Shown here one piece after another: positions 16,747-36,192 of a stretch of 64,000 nucleotides of DNA. Source of the stretch: Eledone cirrhosa (Eukaryota); NCBI GenBank assembly GCA_964016885.1, contig OZ024740.1, forward strand, positions 130,200,001 to 130,264,000. The letters run 5' to 3'. The position numbers were made by a program, and so were the translations under genes. Positions within the stretch are counted from its first letter, which is position 1. Every line of letters starts with the position of its first letter. The notes beneath the pieces were generated by a model. It was not told where the DNA came from, did no database searches, and worked only from the letters and a program-made list of their open reading frames with translations.

Positions 16747-17105
16747 AAATAAACACATGAAATAATCACAGGGGATAATTGGTAAATTGTGTAAGCACAC
16801 ATAGCAAGGTAGGTAACTAATTAAAGTTTAACTAGAACTTCAAATATAGATACCTTTTGATTAATCTATATTTGAAATTCTAGTTAATCTTTAATTAGTT
16901 ACCTACCTAGCTATGTGTGCTTACATACTTTACAAATTATTCCCTGAGATTGTTTCATGTGTTTGTATCTTATATATATGTGTGTGTCAATCTATTTCTA
17001 GTTGATATAAAATGCTCGGATATACTCATTGGAATCTTTGAGCTTATTCTGCAGTAAATATGGCGCATGTCTCTCAGGCATGACAACCTTAATTTAATTT
17101 TGGAT
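16559..17105. repeat. Fold-back repeat; partial extra copy at ~17389-17560
   Basis: Imperfect inverted arms centred near 16855. Internal TA tract differs between arms. No HHR core found. Confidence 0.7.
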
Positions 17106-17564
17106 ATATATACGGCCCCTTGATTGTAGAACTAATTCAGTTGAATGGACCCGGCTGCCATTTCTAGCTGTCGATAATCACATTCACGCCACTGGGGTGA
17201 CGCGGTGCGATGTCTGTATTTTTAATAAAATGCAACACGTTGTTCGAGTCATTCACATATTTACATTTGCTGTGTAAACACAGATGGTTGGATCTTCTAC
17301 TTTGGTGACCATCCAGGATTTGACTGCTGTGATTTGCAGATTAATTGGTGAAATATATTTTGTTATAAAGAAATATATACAAAGGAGATTAATCATATTA
17401 AAAGGTATCTATATTTGAAGTTCCAGTTAAATTTAAATTAGTTACCTACCTAGGCATGTGTGCGTACACACTTTACAAATTATTTCCTGAGATTGTTTCA
17501 TGTGTTTATTTTATATATATATATGTGTCAATCTATTTCTAGTTGATATAAAATGCTCGGAACT

Positions 17565-17676
17565 ATTATATATGTATATATATTATATATGTATATATAT
17601 ATATATATGTATATATGTATATATATATGTATATATATATGTATATATATATGTATATATACGTGTATATATATTA

Positions 17677-17725
<49 letters not shown>

Positions 17726-17807
17726 ATATATATGTATATATATATGTATATATATATATATGTACATATATGTATATATATATATGTATATATATATATG
17801 TATATAC

Positions 17808-17855
<48 letters not shown>

Positions 17856-17956
17856 GTATAAATATGTATATCTATATCTATATATATATGTATATATGTA
17901 TATATATGCAGACATACATACATATATATACATATATACATATATATATATAGATG

Positions 17957-18018
<62 letters not shown>

Positions 18019-18040
18019 CACACACACATATATATATATA

Positions 18041-18090
<50 letters not shown>

Positions 18091-18120
18091 TATATATATA
18101 CATATACATATATATAAATA

Positions 18121-18210
<90 letters not shown>
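17565..18210. repeat. Long imperfect (TA)n/(TATG)n tract
   Basis: Direct reading. Confidence 0.95.
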
Positions 18211-18214
<4 letters not shown>

Positions 18215-18270
18215 AATCTGAGTTTTTCGAATATCAATAATAACATTCGATTCCCTTGCAATTATGCAAA

Positions 18271-20326
<2,056 letters not shown>

Positions 20327-20331
20327 TATAC

Positions 20332-20364
<33 letters not shown>

Positions 20365-21160
20365 CATATAAACATATATATATATACATAGAGTGGCTGC
20401 CAACTCATTTTCGAGTACGGCCACTACTTTATGTCCATGTAGCTGAATCCTTACCGATGCGCCGAACGAGTGTGACTTTTTAGTCCAGCCAGCGACTTGA
20501 AAACTCTGGTACAAACACTACACCTGTGACAATTATTGGCACATAGTGATGGGCCCATGGTACCATGTGACGACAAGTGCAGATAGGTCTCCAGATATAA
20601 AGCAATGCCTCTGTCGTGTAGCTTTTATAGTGAGCAAAGGCACTGCACAAAGCCAGTCCCACTCTCTTCACCAAGATGATATTTACCAAAAAGAAGAACA
20701 AATCAACATAATTGGATACCATCAGGGTTGCAGGTGTTATATCAGACATTTCCTTCTCCTAGGATTCTTCCTTGACAAAGGCTAAGGGGTCATCTGTGCC
20801 GCGGACTTGGGATGGCCTTTGACTCTTAAGAGATCCTTTGCTCTTTGTCAGGTTTTGTTTTTAGTCCTGCAGGATGTCCAAAGTCACCCTCCTCACCAGG
20901 AAACCTTGGTGGGGTTGCCAGTTTAGTCACCAACGACCCGACCATGAGACAGGGTGTACTGGGATACATGTTACCAGTAGCACCAACTGGTGACCTGACA
21001 TGTACATATACATACATATATACATATATACATATATACATATATATACATACATACATACATGTGTATATACATACATATATATATACATATATATATA
21101 TACATGTATATATATACATACATATGTATATAGAGAAACACATATATACATATATATACA

Positions 21161-21290
<130 letters not shown>

Positions 21291-21639
21291 AATGAAGTAA
21301 TTCCGTCGGAAAAGTCCAGGAAAAAAGAGTGCTCTATGTAAGCAGCAGAGCTTAATTATTATCATTAGGTTTCTCTTTAGCTTACAGGTGTCTGTAAGAT
21401 CAGTATGGGGTCAGTCATGGTAGATAGATTTGGAGGAAGGGGAGATTCCTTAAAAGCTAAATTCTTAAAGGTTCTAGTAAATTGACGAAGGTTTAGGGAA
21501 TTCTGTAGACATTTTCTAAGTATAATCTAATTCACGAGACACTTGCACGCACACGCATGTGTATGTGGGAAATATATTTATATTTGTATACGCATGCGCG
21601 CGTGCGCGCATACACATGCGTGTTCGTATGTGTGTGTGT

Positions 21640-21671
<32 letters not shown>

Positions 21672-22045
21672 ATACATATACAGATTCTCATCTATATTAA
21701 AACTTTCATGCTCTGCGGTGTACTGAGTGCCTTGCTTACTGTGGCTGCCTCCGATTCAACCCGGAATAACGTGTGTGTGTATGCGTGTGTGTGTATGTGT
21801 GTGTGTGTGTGTGCTTTTATGTTTTTTCGTGTATGCGTGGTTGTATGTGTAGTCTTATTTTATTTTTCCTTTCCTTCTTCCTTCTTCAGCCTCACTTTCA
21901 TATAGCTTGCCTTTTTTTTTTTTTAAGATCCAAATTCAATAAACAAACCAGGATTTTTTTCATTCTGAGGATAGAAAGCAAAACCTTTTGCTTTTAAGAA
22001 ACCACTGGTAAATGGAATAATTGCCTTATGTTGTTTTTACATAAT

Positions 22046-22148
<103 letters not shown>

Positions 22149-22167
22149 AAAAAAAATATATATATAT

Positions 22168-25058
<2,891 letters not shown>

Positions 25059-25059
25059 C

Positions 25060-25290
25060 TAAGAGGAATTCCAGCTTTGTCTGATTTACTCGTTTTATTT
25101 ACGATCCTTTCAAATTTATAATGATATTATAATGAAATAATATGGTAGAATATTAAATGTTAAGTGTTATTTGAACAAGTACTTTCATACTTTCGCAATC
25201 TTCAGGTTCATAATGTGTGGTGACAGTCAAGTTTGCAATTTTCAAATAAAACGAGTAAATCAGATAAAGTTGGAATTCCTGTTATTAATA
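25060..25290 (-). mobile_element. Short inverted-end element with HHR
   Basis: ~40-bp inverted ends. Minus-strand HHR 25172-25210: tgaac-CTGAAGA-ttgc gaaa gtat-GAAA-gtac-TT-gttca. Confidence 0.7.
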
Positions 25291-25324
25291 TAATCTTCTA
25301 TACAAAATCATACACACCCGTGTA

Positions 25325-25438
<114 letters not shown>

Positions 25439-25487
25439 TATATATATATATTTATATATATATATTTATATATATATATATATATAT

Positions 25488-27779
25488 GTAGAGGTTATAT
25501 TTAATTTGTTGGGATTCAACAAGCTTAAACATTTTTTTATAATTGATATAAAGTACTCAACAGTTAGTGTAGTAAATACACAATATATTAATAAATGGAA
25601 ACTATATTTATAAAACCATATTTGTTTTATTATATATATTTCAGAGGCAATAAAGGCAAATTATGGTGCGCATTCATCAGATAAAATACAGATTTGTTTT
25701 ATAAATAAATATTGACATACCCGGAAAAAAGATAAATTAACGGTTGGAGCTTCCGGGATAGTGGAGGTAATATTTTATTGAGTGTAATACAGAGTTATGA
25801 GTGAGTATGCAAATGGGTATCCGAAAAGTTGAAAAGATAACGGTTTATTTAAATAAAACCGTTGAAGTATGTATCCTTATGTATCAATTGAGTTCTTAAA
25901 AAATCACTTCTAACTTCCTTTATACTTCCTTACTGTTTTTATACTATAATTAAGTAGTTATTCCTTTGTAAACTCTCGTAAATTTTCATAAATTTGGAAT
26001 TATTTGGATGTTTAAGTTTTGCCTTACAACTATTAATAAATATAATTTTGCCAAATAAACTATACTATATTTTCTGTAATGTAAAATACTATAGAGAAAT
26101 TTCGTTTCATTCTATTCCATTTATCGTTTTCGGTGTGCCAGGCCGACCGAACTCACTCGATATGCAAATTAGGCTGCTCAGCCGTTAATATGCATAAGGA
26201 AAGTATATACTTTCAGACGTTCAACCATCTGGCAGGACAGTATACGATGCTGACGATAGCTAATAAGCTTGAAACTAGTACATCATTCCTGTGTCAGTGT
26301 TGAACAAAAAGGTGACGTAGTTGCCTAAACACTGTACGGCGTAATTCGGCCTGTTTGTTTGTTTACAAACAAACAAACCGAGCATTATAATAAATGTTCT
26401 GTAAACCGATACGTGCATATATATATGTCTGCATGTGTGTATATATATACATACTACTGTACGTCTCTATACACATATGTATGTACGTATAAATACATAC
26501 TTACATTTAAGTAAGTGCCGTACTAAGAGTGAGAAATGAAATTTCTTTTCATTCTATTCTATTTATCGTTTTCGGTGTGCCCGGCCGACTGAACTCACTC
26601 GCTATGCAAATTAGTCTGCTCATCCGTTAATATGCATAAGGAAAATATATACTTTCAGACGTTCAACCATCTGGCAGGAAGGTATTCGATGCTGACAATA
26701 GCTAATAAGCTTGAAACTAGCACATCGTTCCTGTGTCAGTGTTGAACAAACAGGTGACGTGGTTGCCTAAACACTGTACGGCGTAATTCGGGATGTTTGT
26801 TTGTTTACAAACAAAGAAACCGAGCATTATAATAAATGTTCGGTAAACCGATACGTGCATATATATATGTCTGCATTTGTGTATATATATACATACTACT
26901 GTACGTCTGTATGTATATGTGTGTGTAAGTATACATACATACATACTTACATTTAAGTAAGTGACGTACTAAGAGTGAGAAATGAAATTTCGTTTCATTC
27001 TATTCCATTTAAAATACTATATATATATATTTATGTAAATAATTTATAATCCATAACATACACATGTAAACGAATGTATTATTACTAATAAATCCTAATA
27101 TAATATAAATACTTCTGTTTTAATTTTAATTTTTAATTTGTAATATTAATATTAAATAACATTTTTAAAATTAATGTAAATGTTAATCTTTAATTTTGAT
27201 TTTTAATTTTTAATTGTAATTTTTCCAAATTATCATTATAAATATTATAATCACAACGTAATGGACCATACATTCTAAATGTTATTCTTCCACGTTAATC
27301 TTATTTCTTCTTTCACTTCTTCTTTCACTTCTTCTTTCATTTAGATATATTTACACTCTATATTCTCCCATTAATATTTATTTCTTCGTTCACTCTTGAA
27401 TATCATCACTATCAATATGTATAATCGTTCTTTCTTTCCACTTCTCTCTTTCTCATTCCATTTCTTTTTTCCTCTCTCCCTTACATATCCCCTTCTTCCA
27501 ACAGTTTAATTTGAATAAACCGTTATCTTTTAAACTTTTCGGACACTCTACTCACTCATAACTTTGTATTACCCTCAATAAAATATTATCTCCACTATCC
27601 AGGAAGCTCCAACCGTTAAGGTTGTCCGTTTTCCGAGTATGTCAATATTTATTTATAAGACAAATCTGTATTTTATCTGATGAAAGCGCACCATAATGTG
27701 CCTTGTTTGGCCTTGAAATATATATAATAAAATAAAAATGGTTTTATGAATATAATTTCCAGTTATTAATATATTGTAT
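25488..27779. mobile_element. Non-coding PLE derivative related to the copy A pLTR
   Basis: Arms ~25580-25865 and ~27500-27779. HHR 27669-27734 (+): tattttat-CTGATGA...GAAA-tatata-TA-ataaaata, mirror 25623-25688. Hosts a nested insertion. Confidence 0.8.
26094..27009 (+). mobile_element. Retrozyme-like dimer with 12-bp TSD
   Basis: Two 442-bp-spaced units with HHRs at 26244-26286 and 26686-26728. TAAAATACTATA at 26082-26093 and 27010-27021. Confidence 0.85.
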
Positions 27780-27972
27780 ATATATATATATATATATGTT
27801 TATACATATGTATACAAATATATATATATAACAAAGGAATTGTGGTAAGGAACCAGATGGACGATAACGCACCAGAGTACTCAATACTTAGGGTAGTAGA
27901 GTGGAAAATAGGAAAAAGTATGACCCCCGACGGCAGATCTCTGCGGTCGGGGTCATACTTTTTCATATATAT

Positions 27973-28064
<92 letters not shown>

Positions 28065-28068
<4 letters not shown>

Positions 28069-28375
28069 TGAGAGGAACAAGCAAACATTAAACAATCTTT
28101 TAAATAAATTAAAATACGATGTAAATATTCACCTCTCCAAAATCCTATTTCCGACGGTTTCGGTTGAGAAAAGATTGGAAATTCAGAGAATTCCCAACGG
28201 AAAGATCAGCTCTTCAAATAGCTATTTCCATTGTATGGCACTTAACATCTCACAGTTTGTAAATATATCGCGTACTATCCGAAGTATCAAGTCAGGCCGT
28301 CAAAGTGACCCACACATAAACAGGCCGTTAGTAAAAGCGGGAATGTTTAGACTTGCTGTTTGACTTATCTTTTTC
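28065..28375 (-). mobile_element. PLE-type pLTR fragment, homolog of 58010-58495
   Basis: Shared aacaa(g/a)caaacattaaacaatc... block. Degenerate HHR at ~28145-28223. Confidence 0.65.
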
Positions 28376-28447
28376 TCTTCCATTACGGGTATCCTCTTTC
28401 GCTCTCCCCTTCTCTCTCCTTCTCCCTCTTACTTTCATTCACCCCTC

Positions 28448-28478
<31 letters not shown>

Positions 28479-28519
28479 GGAATGAAAAATGGGGTGCTGT
28501 ATTGTTGCAGTGGGATATA

Positions 28520-29398
28520 ACAATTAAAATGAAGAATTAGAAATAGAAGCCAGGACTGTCCACCATCAGTGGTCTACTAGCCATCATAGGTGTTTCTTCG
28601 CATTAAAGACCCCATACCTCAGGCTAGCACGATATGTCTTTCGTCTTCTCGTCAATATTCGAAACTTCCTATGTTCAAATGAATCATTGACTTGATTTTC
28701 TCATGTTTTCCTCTCTTTACGTTGCCTCACCATTCGTGTTTGTTTACATGTCTCTGTTTCTCCACTCAATTTTTTATCCCAATAACTCATCTTAGTTATT
28801 GTTCGCGTTAGCGAACATTTTACTTTGTATATTACATATGCAACAACACAGCACGCCATTTTTCCTTCCTCTGTTTTCCCCTTCGCCGTGCTCTGTCGTT
28901 TCCCCTTCCCTTACTGGTATCCTCTTTCGCTCTCCCCCTTCTCTCTCATTCTCTCTCTTACTTTCATTCACCCCCTCTGCTAGACACCATCTCTCGGCTA
29001 GCCTCTTCCTCACACTTTCACTCACTCACTCTCTGCTACTCACCATCTCTCTCACTTCCTCCATCGTCCCACACCGTGCGAAATTCTTTCCTCGCTTACT
29101 TTTCGCACGGTTAAGATGTGTATTTCGTCTTCTCGTCAATATTCGCTAGTTCTTACGTTCAAATGAATCATTGACTTGCTTTTCTGATTGTTTCCTCTCC
29201 TTACGTTGCCTCACCATTAGTATTTGTTTATCTGTGTCTCTTTCTTGACCCAATTCTTTTTATCACAATAACCTATTTTAGTTATTGTTCCCGTAGCCTG
29301 AGGTATCTGTTCTTTAATGCGAGGAAATACCTATGATGGCTAGTAGACCACTGATGATAGATAATCCTGGCTTCTATTTCTAATTCTTCATTTAAATT
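28520..29398. repeat. Inverted-end element with internal direct duplications
   Basis: ~28520-28626 is inverted relative to ~29294-29398. ~28635-28805 is duplicated at ~29115-29290. Confidence 0.7.
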
Positions 29399-29469
29399 TA
29401 TATATATATATATACATACATACATTAATATATATTTATATATATATATATATATATGTCATGTATCAT

Positions 29470-29547
<78 letters not shown>

Positions 29548-29597
29548 TATTAAAATACAGATATTAATAAAATATATGTTCTTTTGATCAGTTACAT

Positions 29598-29646
29598 TTT
29601 ATTATCCATATTTCGGAAGTACCACAGTACGTCCTCATCAGACAAA
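29598..29646 (-). ncRNA. Type I hammerhead in TA-flanked fragment
   Basis: tttgt-CTGATGA-ggacgtac tgtg gtacttcc-GAAA-tatgga-TA-ataaa. Confidence 0.7.
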
Positions 29647-29665
29647 TACAATGATACATGACATA

Positions 29666-29745
<80 letters not shown>

Positions 29746-29780
29746 ATGATACATGACATATATATATATATATATATAAA

Positions 29781-30136
29781 GAATTAGTATATCTACCAAC
29801 ATATATATACAGATGTATACCTATGCAAGCAAATTAACCTCGATGTCACGTGATTGATTCTTTTGAATTTGCCACCGAACAAGAAGGCAATCATTTTTTC
29901 AGTGTCTTGGAATTTATTCCCCGCTTGCTCTTTTCCATCCACTGGATATGTTTGTATAAGTACCCTGTGTCCGCGCATCACCAGGTATCTTAGCTGAGTA
30001 TGACTCCCTGAGACGAAAAGGTTTCTCCATGGATTCCATTTGGAGACTATGTATATTCCGTTTCAGAAACTATTTAGTTGGAGTGAAATTTAAGTAAGTA
30101 AGCTAATTACTAAAACTGTTTTATTTTACGTGTTTC
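29781..30136 (-). repeat. Diverged copy of the repeat at 63333-64000
   Basis: Reverse complement shares acgtaaaataa...acttacttac...ccaactaa.tagtttctg with 63335-63410. Confidence 0.65.
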
Positions 30137-30144
30137 ATATATAT

Positions 30145-30233
<89 letters not shown>

Positions 30234-30802
30234 CACACACATAGCCTTTCTTTCTCTTCCTTTGATACTACACGTGCATCTCGTGTTTCCGTCATGGGCA
30301 TGTTTTATTTCCTATATTTTTTCCGTACTTTTTGGGGATCTTTTGTTTCTTTCTTTTTTCCTTTCTATTCTGTTTTTTGCCATCCCAAATATTTCCCCAA
30401 TAACTAGCTTTAGTAATTGACGCACTGGAGCTATTCATTATGTCTTTAATGCGTAGAAATGTTCTTGATCTCCACAAGACGGCCGATGAAGGGAAACTAC
30501 GCACCTTTCATGCTTTCCTCATATTTATATATATATATATATATAGATGTGTGTGCGTGTGTGTTTCCTACAGGCCAAGAACTGTTTGTCCTCTCACGTA
30601 TAGAATACTGCATTTAACTGATTTTTGTATAACATCCACTAGTGAGGCGTGTAAGTGGAAGCCGAGCAGCACAGATAGCGGGGGAGCTCAAAAAGAGGGG
30701 GACTCCACGATTAGCAGAGAGAAGTCTCTGGATTAGATTATTAGACTTAATTATATATATATATATATATACATATACACACAAACGCACACACACTCAC
30801 AG

Positions 30803-30910
<108 letters not shown>

Positions 30911-31111
30911 ATATATATATATGTATATATTTATATATATGAGATTCTACATGACTAGAACTGTTTCATTCTTGAAAAATCATCAGATTCCTGATATCTA
31001 TATTAAAACGTTTATACTATGCTATGTATTGAGTACCTTTCTTACTGTGGTTACCTCTGATTCAACTCGGAATAACTTACCTATATATTTATATATATAT
31101 ATATATGTATA

Positions 31112-31298
31112 TAGTAGCTACCCAAGAGTTAGTTCACCATACCGGGAACAAATGTTTCATCTTATGCGGATCATCCGCAGAATGTGAAACATTTTTTCTC
31201 GGTATGGTGAACTAACTTGTGTGGAACTACTTCTACCAAACTCGTCACATGGGGTGAGTGCTTTATTACTACGGATATAACCCTCCAATGTTCTACTA
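31112..31298 (+). mobile_element. Short fold-back element with tail
   Basis: ~60-bp arms around gcggatcatccgc. Only the GAAA half of a HHR is present. Confidence 0.7.
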
Positions 31299-34200
31299 TT
31301 ATATATATATGTATGGAATATATAAGAAAACCTTCCTTCGTGTATTTGCAATTCATATAGAGACATATAGTCTTATTTTGCTAAACAATAAATGCTAGAT
31401 TTCAACTTGTCTCGCAAAATATATAGAACATATTAGATTCATTTAAAAATCGTATCATTTCATGATGGAGCATGCACATTTCAAACTATATGCATCCGCA
31501 TTCACCATCTAGCATTGAATTATATTGGCATTTAAAGAACTGAATATTAATTCTCCCATTTTTAGAAAATTCATTTTGCCCTATCGAGTGCGTGTCAATA
31601 TTTTTCGTAGAAATTATTAAATGTTCACATTTCTATGTTCTTTAATTTTATTTTAAACAAATAAGAAAGAAATTTACTATCTTTTGTGAAAACAATGAAA
31701 CTGCTTTGCTGCTAAATTACTTCTACATAAATGAATTTTTATTGATATTATATTGAAGTTTGAAATGAAATATAAATAATTAGAATGTCATAAATAATAA
31801 CTAAATGAGGAAAGCGAAAAATGAGCAAACAAATTAACATGCACAAATAAGAAGATCAGAAATTAATATCCATGATGCAAGTTTGGGAAATAAATTTAAG
31901 TTATCAAAATTACTTTTGTTTTAGGGCATACTCTATAGCTATATGTATATTTCTTTATACCTCGACAAATTCAACATCTATCGATGCGATGCGAATAATT
32001 TAAAATGAAACAAATCAAATTAATCTAGAAATATACAATACCTATATAAAAGGGATGGGTATTAGAAAGCAATAAATTTCTAATATTTCAATGTTATACG
32101 GTAAGATTATTATGGACATTTAAAAATCAATTGTGAAGAATTTCAAAGTATATTCTTTATTGTTTCTTTTAACCTTTTGCAGTTCTCGTGGGATAATTGC
32201 CCTCTAATAAATTCCGAACAATTAACATAAACAATGAAACTATTCAGTAATCAGAAATTGAAATGATTCTTAAGATAATTTCTATATCATTCATGACAAC
32301 AATGATCATCATATACAGTATTTTAATTTTGTACTGCAACACATACATCTCAAACTATTCCTGTTTATTCAAGGCAAACGTCCAATACACACGTTGCTGA
32401 ATGTTTTTTTTTCCATTTTTTTTATTCCGCATGAGATTTCAAATATAATGGAACTTTCGAATATGAATGAAGCATGACATACTTCCTATAAAAAATGCAG
32501 TATTTTTCATGCTTGAAAGACCAGTTCCTTTTTGTAGCGGATGCAGTAGGAATTTCCGCTGATAGCAGCGGTTAGACAACCGCTTTCTCTGAAAGATCAC
32601 TCATATAGAAAGAAATAAGTTGAAGGGAATGGCGTATGTAATGTGTGTCAACGGCTCCTCAATACGGCAACTCTTTTGTCATCTTCACTAAACGGCAATA
32701 CTGAGATATATCAACTGTCAAGTGGTGTAATTGATTTCCAAATGTCCCACATCCCTCTTCATTTTATCTCCCCGTGTTCATTATGTGAAATGTTTATGTA
32801 AATGATACTTTTACATCGTATAACAATTAGTGACGTCTCTTATTACATAATCATATGTTGTCACTTAACAAAAATTGTTAGGGATAGGCAGGCATTTAAA
32901 AATATATAAATGATGAATTTTTCAAAGTGACGGAGATAAAATTGTATCTCTATATAATTGAAACAAAGCAAACGTAATAAAACCGTCGACTGATAAATGA
33001 TAACTATATAACATGCATTTATGAAAGAGATAAAAAAACTAACATCGTTCAATTAATATAAAGAAAAAAATGTTCATATAATTGCTCCCAATTCTTAATG
33101 TGTTGAGCTGCTTCTCCTGTGACTAATACTTAACACCTCTTTCTAGCCGATATAACCTCAATATATTGGTCGCCCCGTTAAAACGTTCTCACAACATGGT
33201 GTCTACGGTGTTGGTTTAACTCTCAGATCCCGACAGATAAAAAAGTATTGTGTAGTTTATAACCTATTGAAATATAATTTTCCGTTGGTCAACATATCTG
33301 CATTTCCCCAAATTTATTGAATCACCTGGCTACTGGATTTTATGGCAAGTCAAATTGATGCGAGTAAGGTCCCTCAAAGACGTAGTAAATATTTGCAAAG
33401 CAATGCGTAACTATATGAAAGAGATAAATTCATGTTTACATTATTGATATTTTCATGCTAGTATACAACAAAGCCTCGTATTTATATTATCACACAGAAA
33501 TTTGAAACGATTTGAATAAGGTTATGACTGTATCATATGTCAAATAGGATAAATATTTGTGGATCGTTTAATGTTTTTAAAATAACATATTTAATAGCAG
33601 CATTAACCGGTGTAAACACAAGTTCCAAGAGTGCTGGATTTAGTTTATCGGCTTCAAAATTCAGAAACTTTATACCATTGCGAAAATAATTAAATCTGAG
33701 AATGAAAACATTTTAAAACTACTTTTAAAATGTATATCGAGGACGGTTTTAAGATTTCACCCGCAGATAGAGTCTTGAGAATGGTTTACCAACTGAGCCA
33801 GGTGTTTCGTAGATGCACCTTTTTTTCCAGTTTAATTGCTTTTCTTATTCGTTTTTCTTTGTTTATGCACAGAAGGATAAGTAGATGGCGTTAACCGTGT
33901 GAATTTACTACCAGTGTATCATATCATACTCGCGAGCTTAATATGATTCAATTCTGCATATATTGGAGCCAACGCAGTGAACCTTTGCAACTTGCCTCTG
34001 TAGCCTTCCATCAACATTAGTATTTGTAAAATTAAATCATAACATATTTATTCAGGATTCATATTTTTGCAACACATTGGCAACATTTTCGGCCAATTAA
34101 GAAAGTAACACCTTTTCGAAGTATTCCCTTTAAATGATAACTTGTACCATTTAGTTCAACTCGAGGCAATGTTTACATCCTCATGTTTACAGTTATTTGT

Positions 34201-34517
34201 CTGGTTTATTTAATGAAACATAAACTCTTCTGAATGATCGGAATATAATTGGCAAAATAGTTATTCCTCCTATATTGTAAACGCAGAATTGTCAATATTT
34301 CTAAAACTTCTTATATACAATGCATGAAGAAAATTGCACAGTTCATTATAAAATGTATTCCTCAAATACTAGGTGACTCATTGCACAATCGAGATGTATG
34401 TATCGAAATCCTAAATTCTACAACTGTCTGCTATAATATTCTTTCCTTGTAGAAAGACGTACCGTCGTAAAACATATTTGTCGGTACCCCTAATATTGTA
34501 TATATATACATATATAT

Positions 34518-34743
34518 TCTAAGGCGGGTAAAATTCCCGAGATCCATGGACGAGTTCTCTCCAGCGGTCTCTGTCCCTCATTATCGCTGCCATGCCCTGC
34601 GTCTCCGATAGACCAGTGTCTGTCGTTAGGGCATCAACATACGTTAACCTTGGTCTTCCCCTTCTAGTGTGTCAAAAGGAGCACTGAGTGCAATGTCAAC
34701 TCCGGATGTCGGTGAGCATGTCCAGCCCACCTAAGTCTCCTCT
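34518..34743 (-). mobile_element. 3' fragment of an RTE/RTE-X-type LINE
   Basis: Minus strand reads RRLRWAGHAHRH...RRGRPRLTYVDAL...RDRDRWRELV. Confidence 0.8.
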
Positions 34744-34744
34744 A

Positions 34745-34811
<67 letters not shown>

Positions 34812-35023
34812 AAAAAGTATGACCCCGACTGCAGAGCTGAAGCCGTTTCGACGGTTATTTCTGGACTGTCCAGAAATAGCCTTCGAAACAGCTTGAGCTC
34901 TGCCATTTGGGTCATACCTTTTCCTACTTCCGAATCTACTACCCTAAGTATTGAGTACTCTGGTGCGCTATGGTTCATATGGTTCCTTACCACGATTCCT
35001 TTGTTATATATATATATATATAT

Positions 35024-35412
35024 AAATCTTTAGGTTTGTTGGTTCACCACTGGATAGAACTCGTAATTCCGTATGGTCAATCCTGGTGTAATATTATGAA
35101 GAGTACTCAACGCAGTGCAGTTCACCCATCTCCGTTTGTGTAGTTGTTGGTGCGAATACGGTGTTAATTATAAATAAAATAAAATAACAAGAAGCTGGAC
35201 TGGTGTAAATCCTTGAAAGGTTTATTATTCTAACTGGCCGAGCAGTCAGTTGGTCAGTCGTCCTTTTTGTCTTTGCCTCTGATTTTTCGGAGCCATTTTT
35301 TTTTTACATATTCCCTTGTCATATTCCAATACCTGATGATATCACCGGATTCATATGGAACCCGGTCATTGAAATGATCAAGGATTTACACCAGTCCAGC
35401 CTCCTGTTATTT

Positions 35413-35416
<4 letters not shown>
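35024..35416. mobile_element. Inverted-end element with tail and partial HHR
   Basis: ~35176-35216 is inverted relative to ~35378-35416. CTGATGA-accgg/ccggt-GAAA at 35333-35374, stem I not recoverable. Confidence 0.6.
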
Positions 35417-35448
<32 letters not shown>

Positions 35449-35639
35449 CTTAAACTCAAAACATTCCATTCATCAGATGACTACTGAAGATCCTAGTTCG
35501 CACCACAAATTATGAATGTATGGCATTATATTTTTTATCCGAAACAACATTGATGTATCCAACAATTGTTCCTGTTTTATACTCAATGCTGTATAACATA
35601 TTGCTTTTTATTGTCGATCAAGCCGGACCCATCTGGATA

Positions 35640-35925
35640 CTGCTGTAAACACACCGATGATGTCAGCGGTGATTGCCAGTATCGGTAGAGGGTCCGACGC
35701 TATGCTTTGACGCGTAGAGTTACGGCCCTTGCCATTCTTATTTTGAATCCCGCCGAGGTTAACTTTGCCTTTCATTCTTACGGGGTCGATAAAATAAAGT
35801 ACCAGTAATGCACTGGGTTTTGCTGGCCTTGTGCCAAAAAGTAGAAATAATTATTATGTTTATTCAGCAACAGTAATGTACTGGGTAATTGCTGGCCTTG
35901 TGCCAACAATTAGAAACAATTATTA
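35640..35925 (-). mobile_element. SINE (octopus-type)
   Basis: Reverse complement of the 3704-3823 and 38560-38752 body. Confidence 0.75.
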
Positions 35926-36136
35926 TGCCTGGTGGTTTGTTATTAGGTGTCAGTGTTGTTTACGTCTCTAAAATGGATCTGTTATATCCTTAATAAACAA
36001 CTTCCTTTCGTGTCCGTTGAACAATCCTCTTTTCTAAGTACGATACAGATTAGATCTAATGCACCTCCTAAAATAACACCAACATACACTCACAAACATG
36101 ATAACACACACACACACATATACATATATATGCATG

Positions 36137-36192
<56 letters not shown>

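Noticed and set aside
31380-34500. Possible host exons (polypyrimidine-CAG at 32182 and 33872)
   Set aside because: No convincing open exon with a donor site or recognisable protein. Needs RNA-seq.
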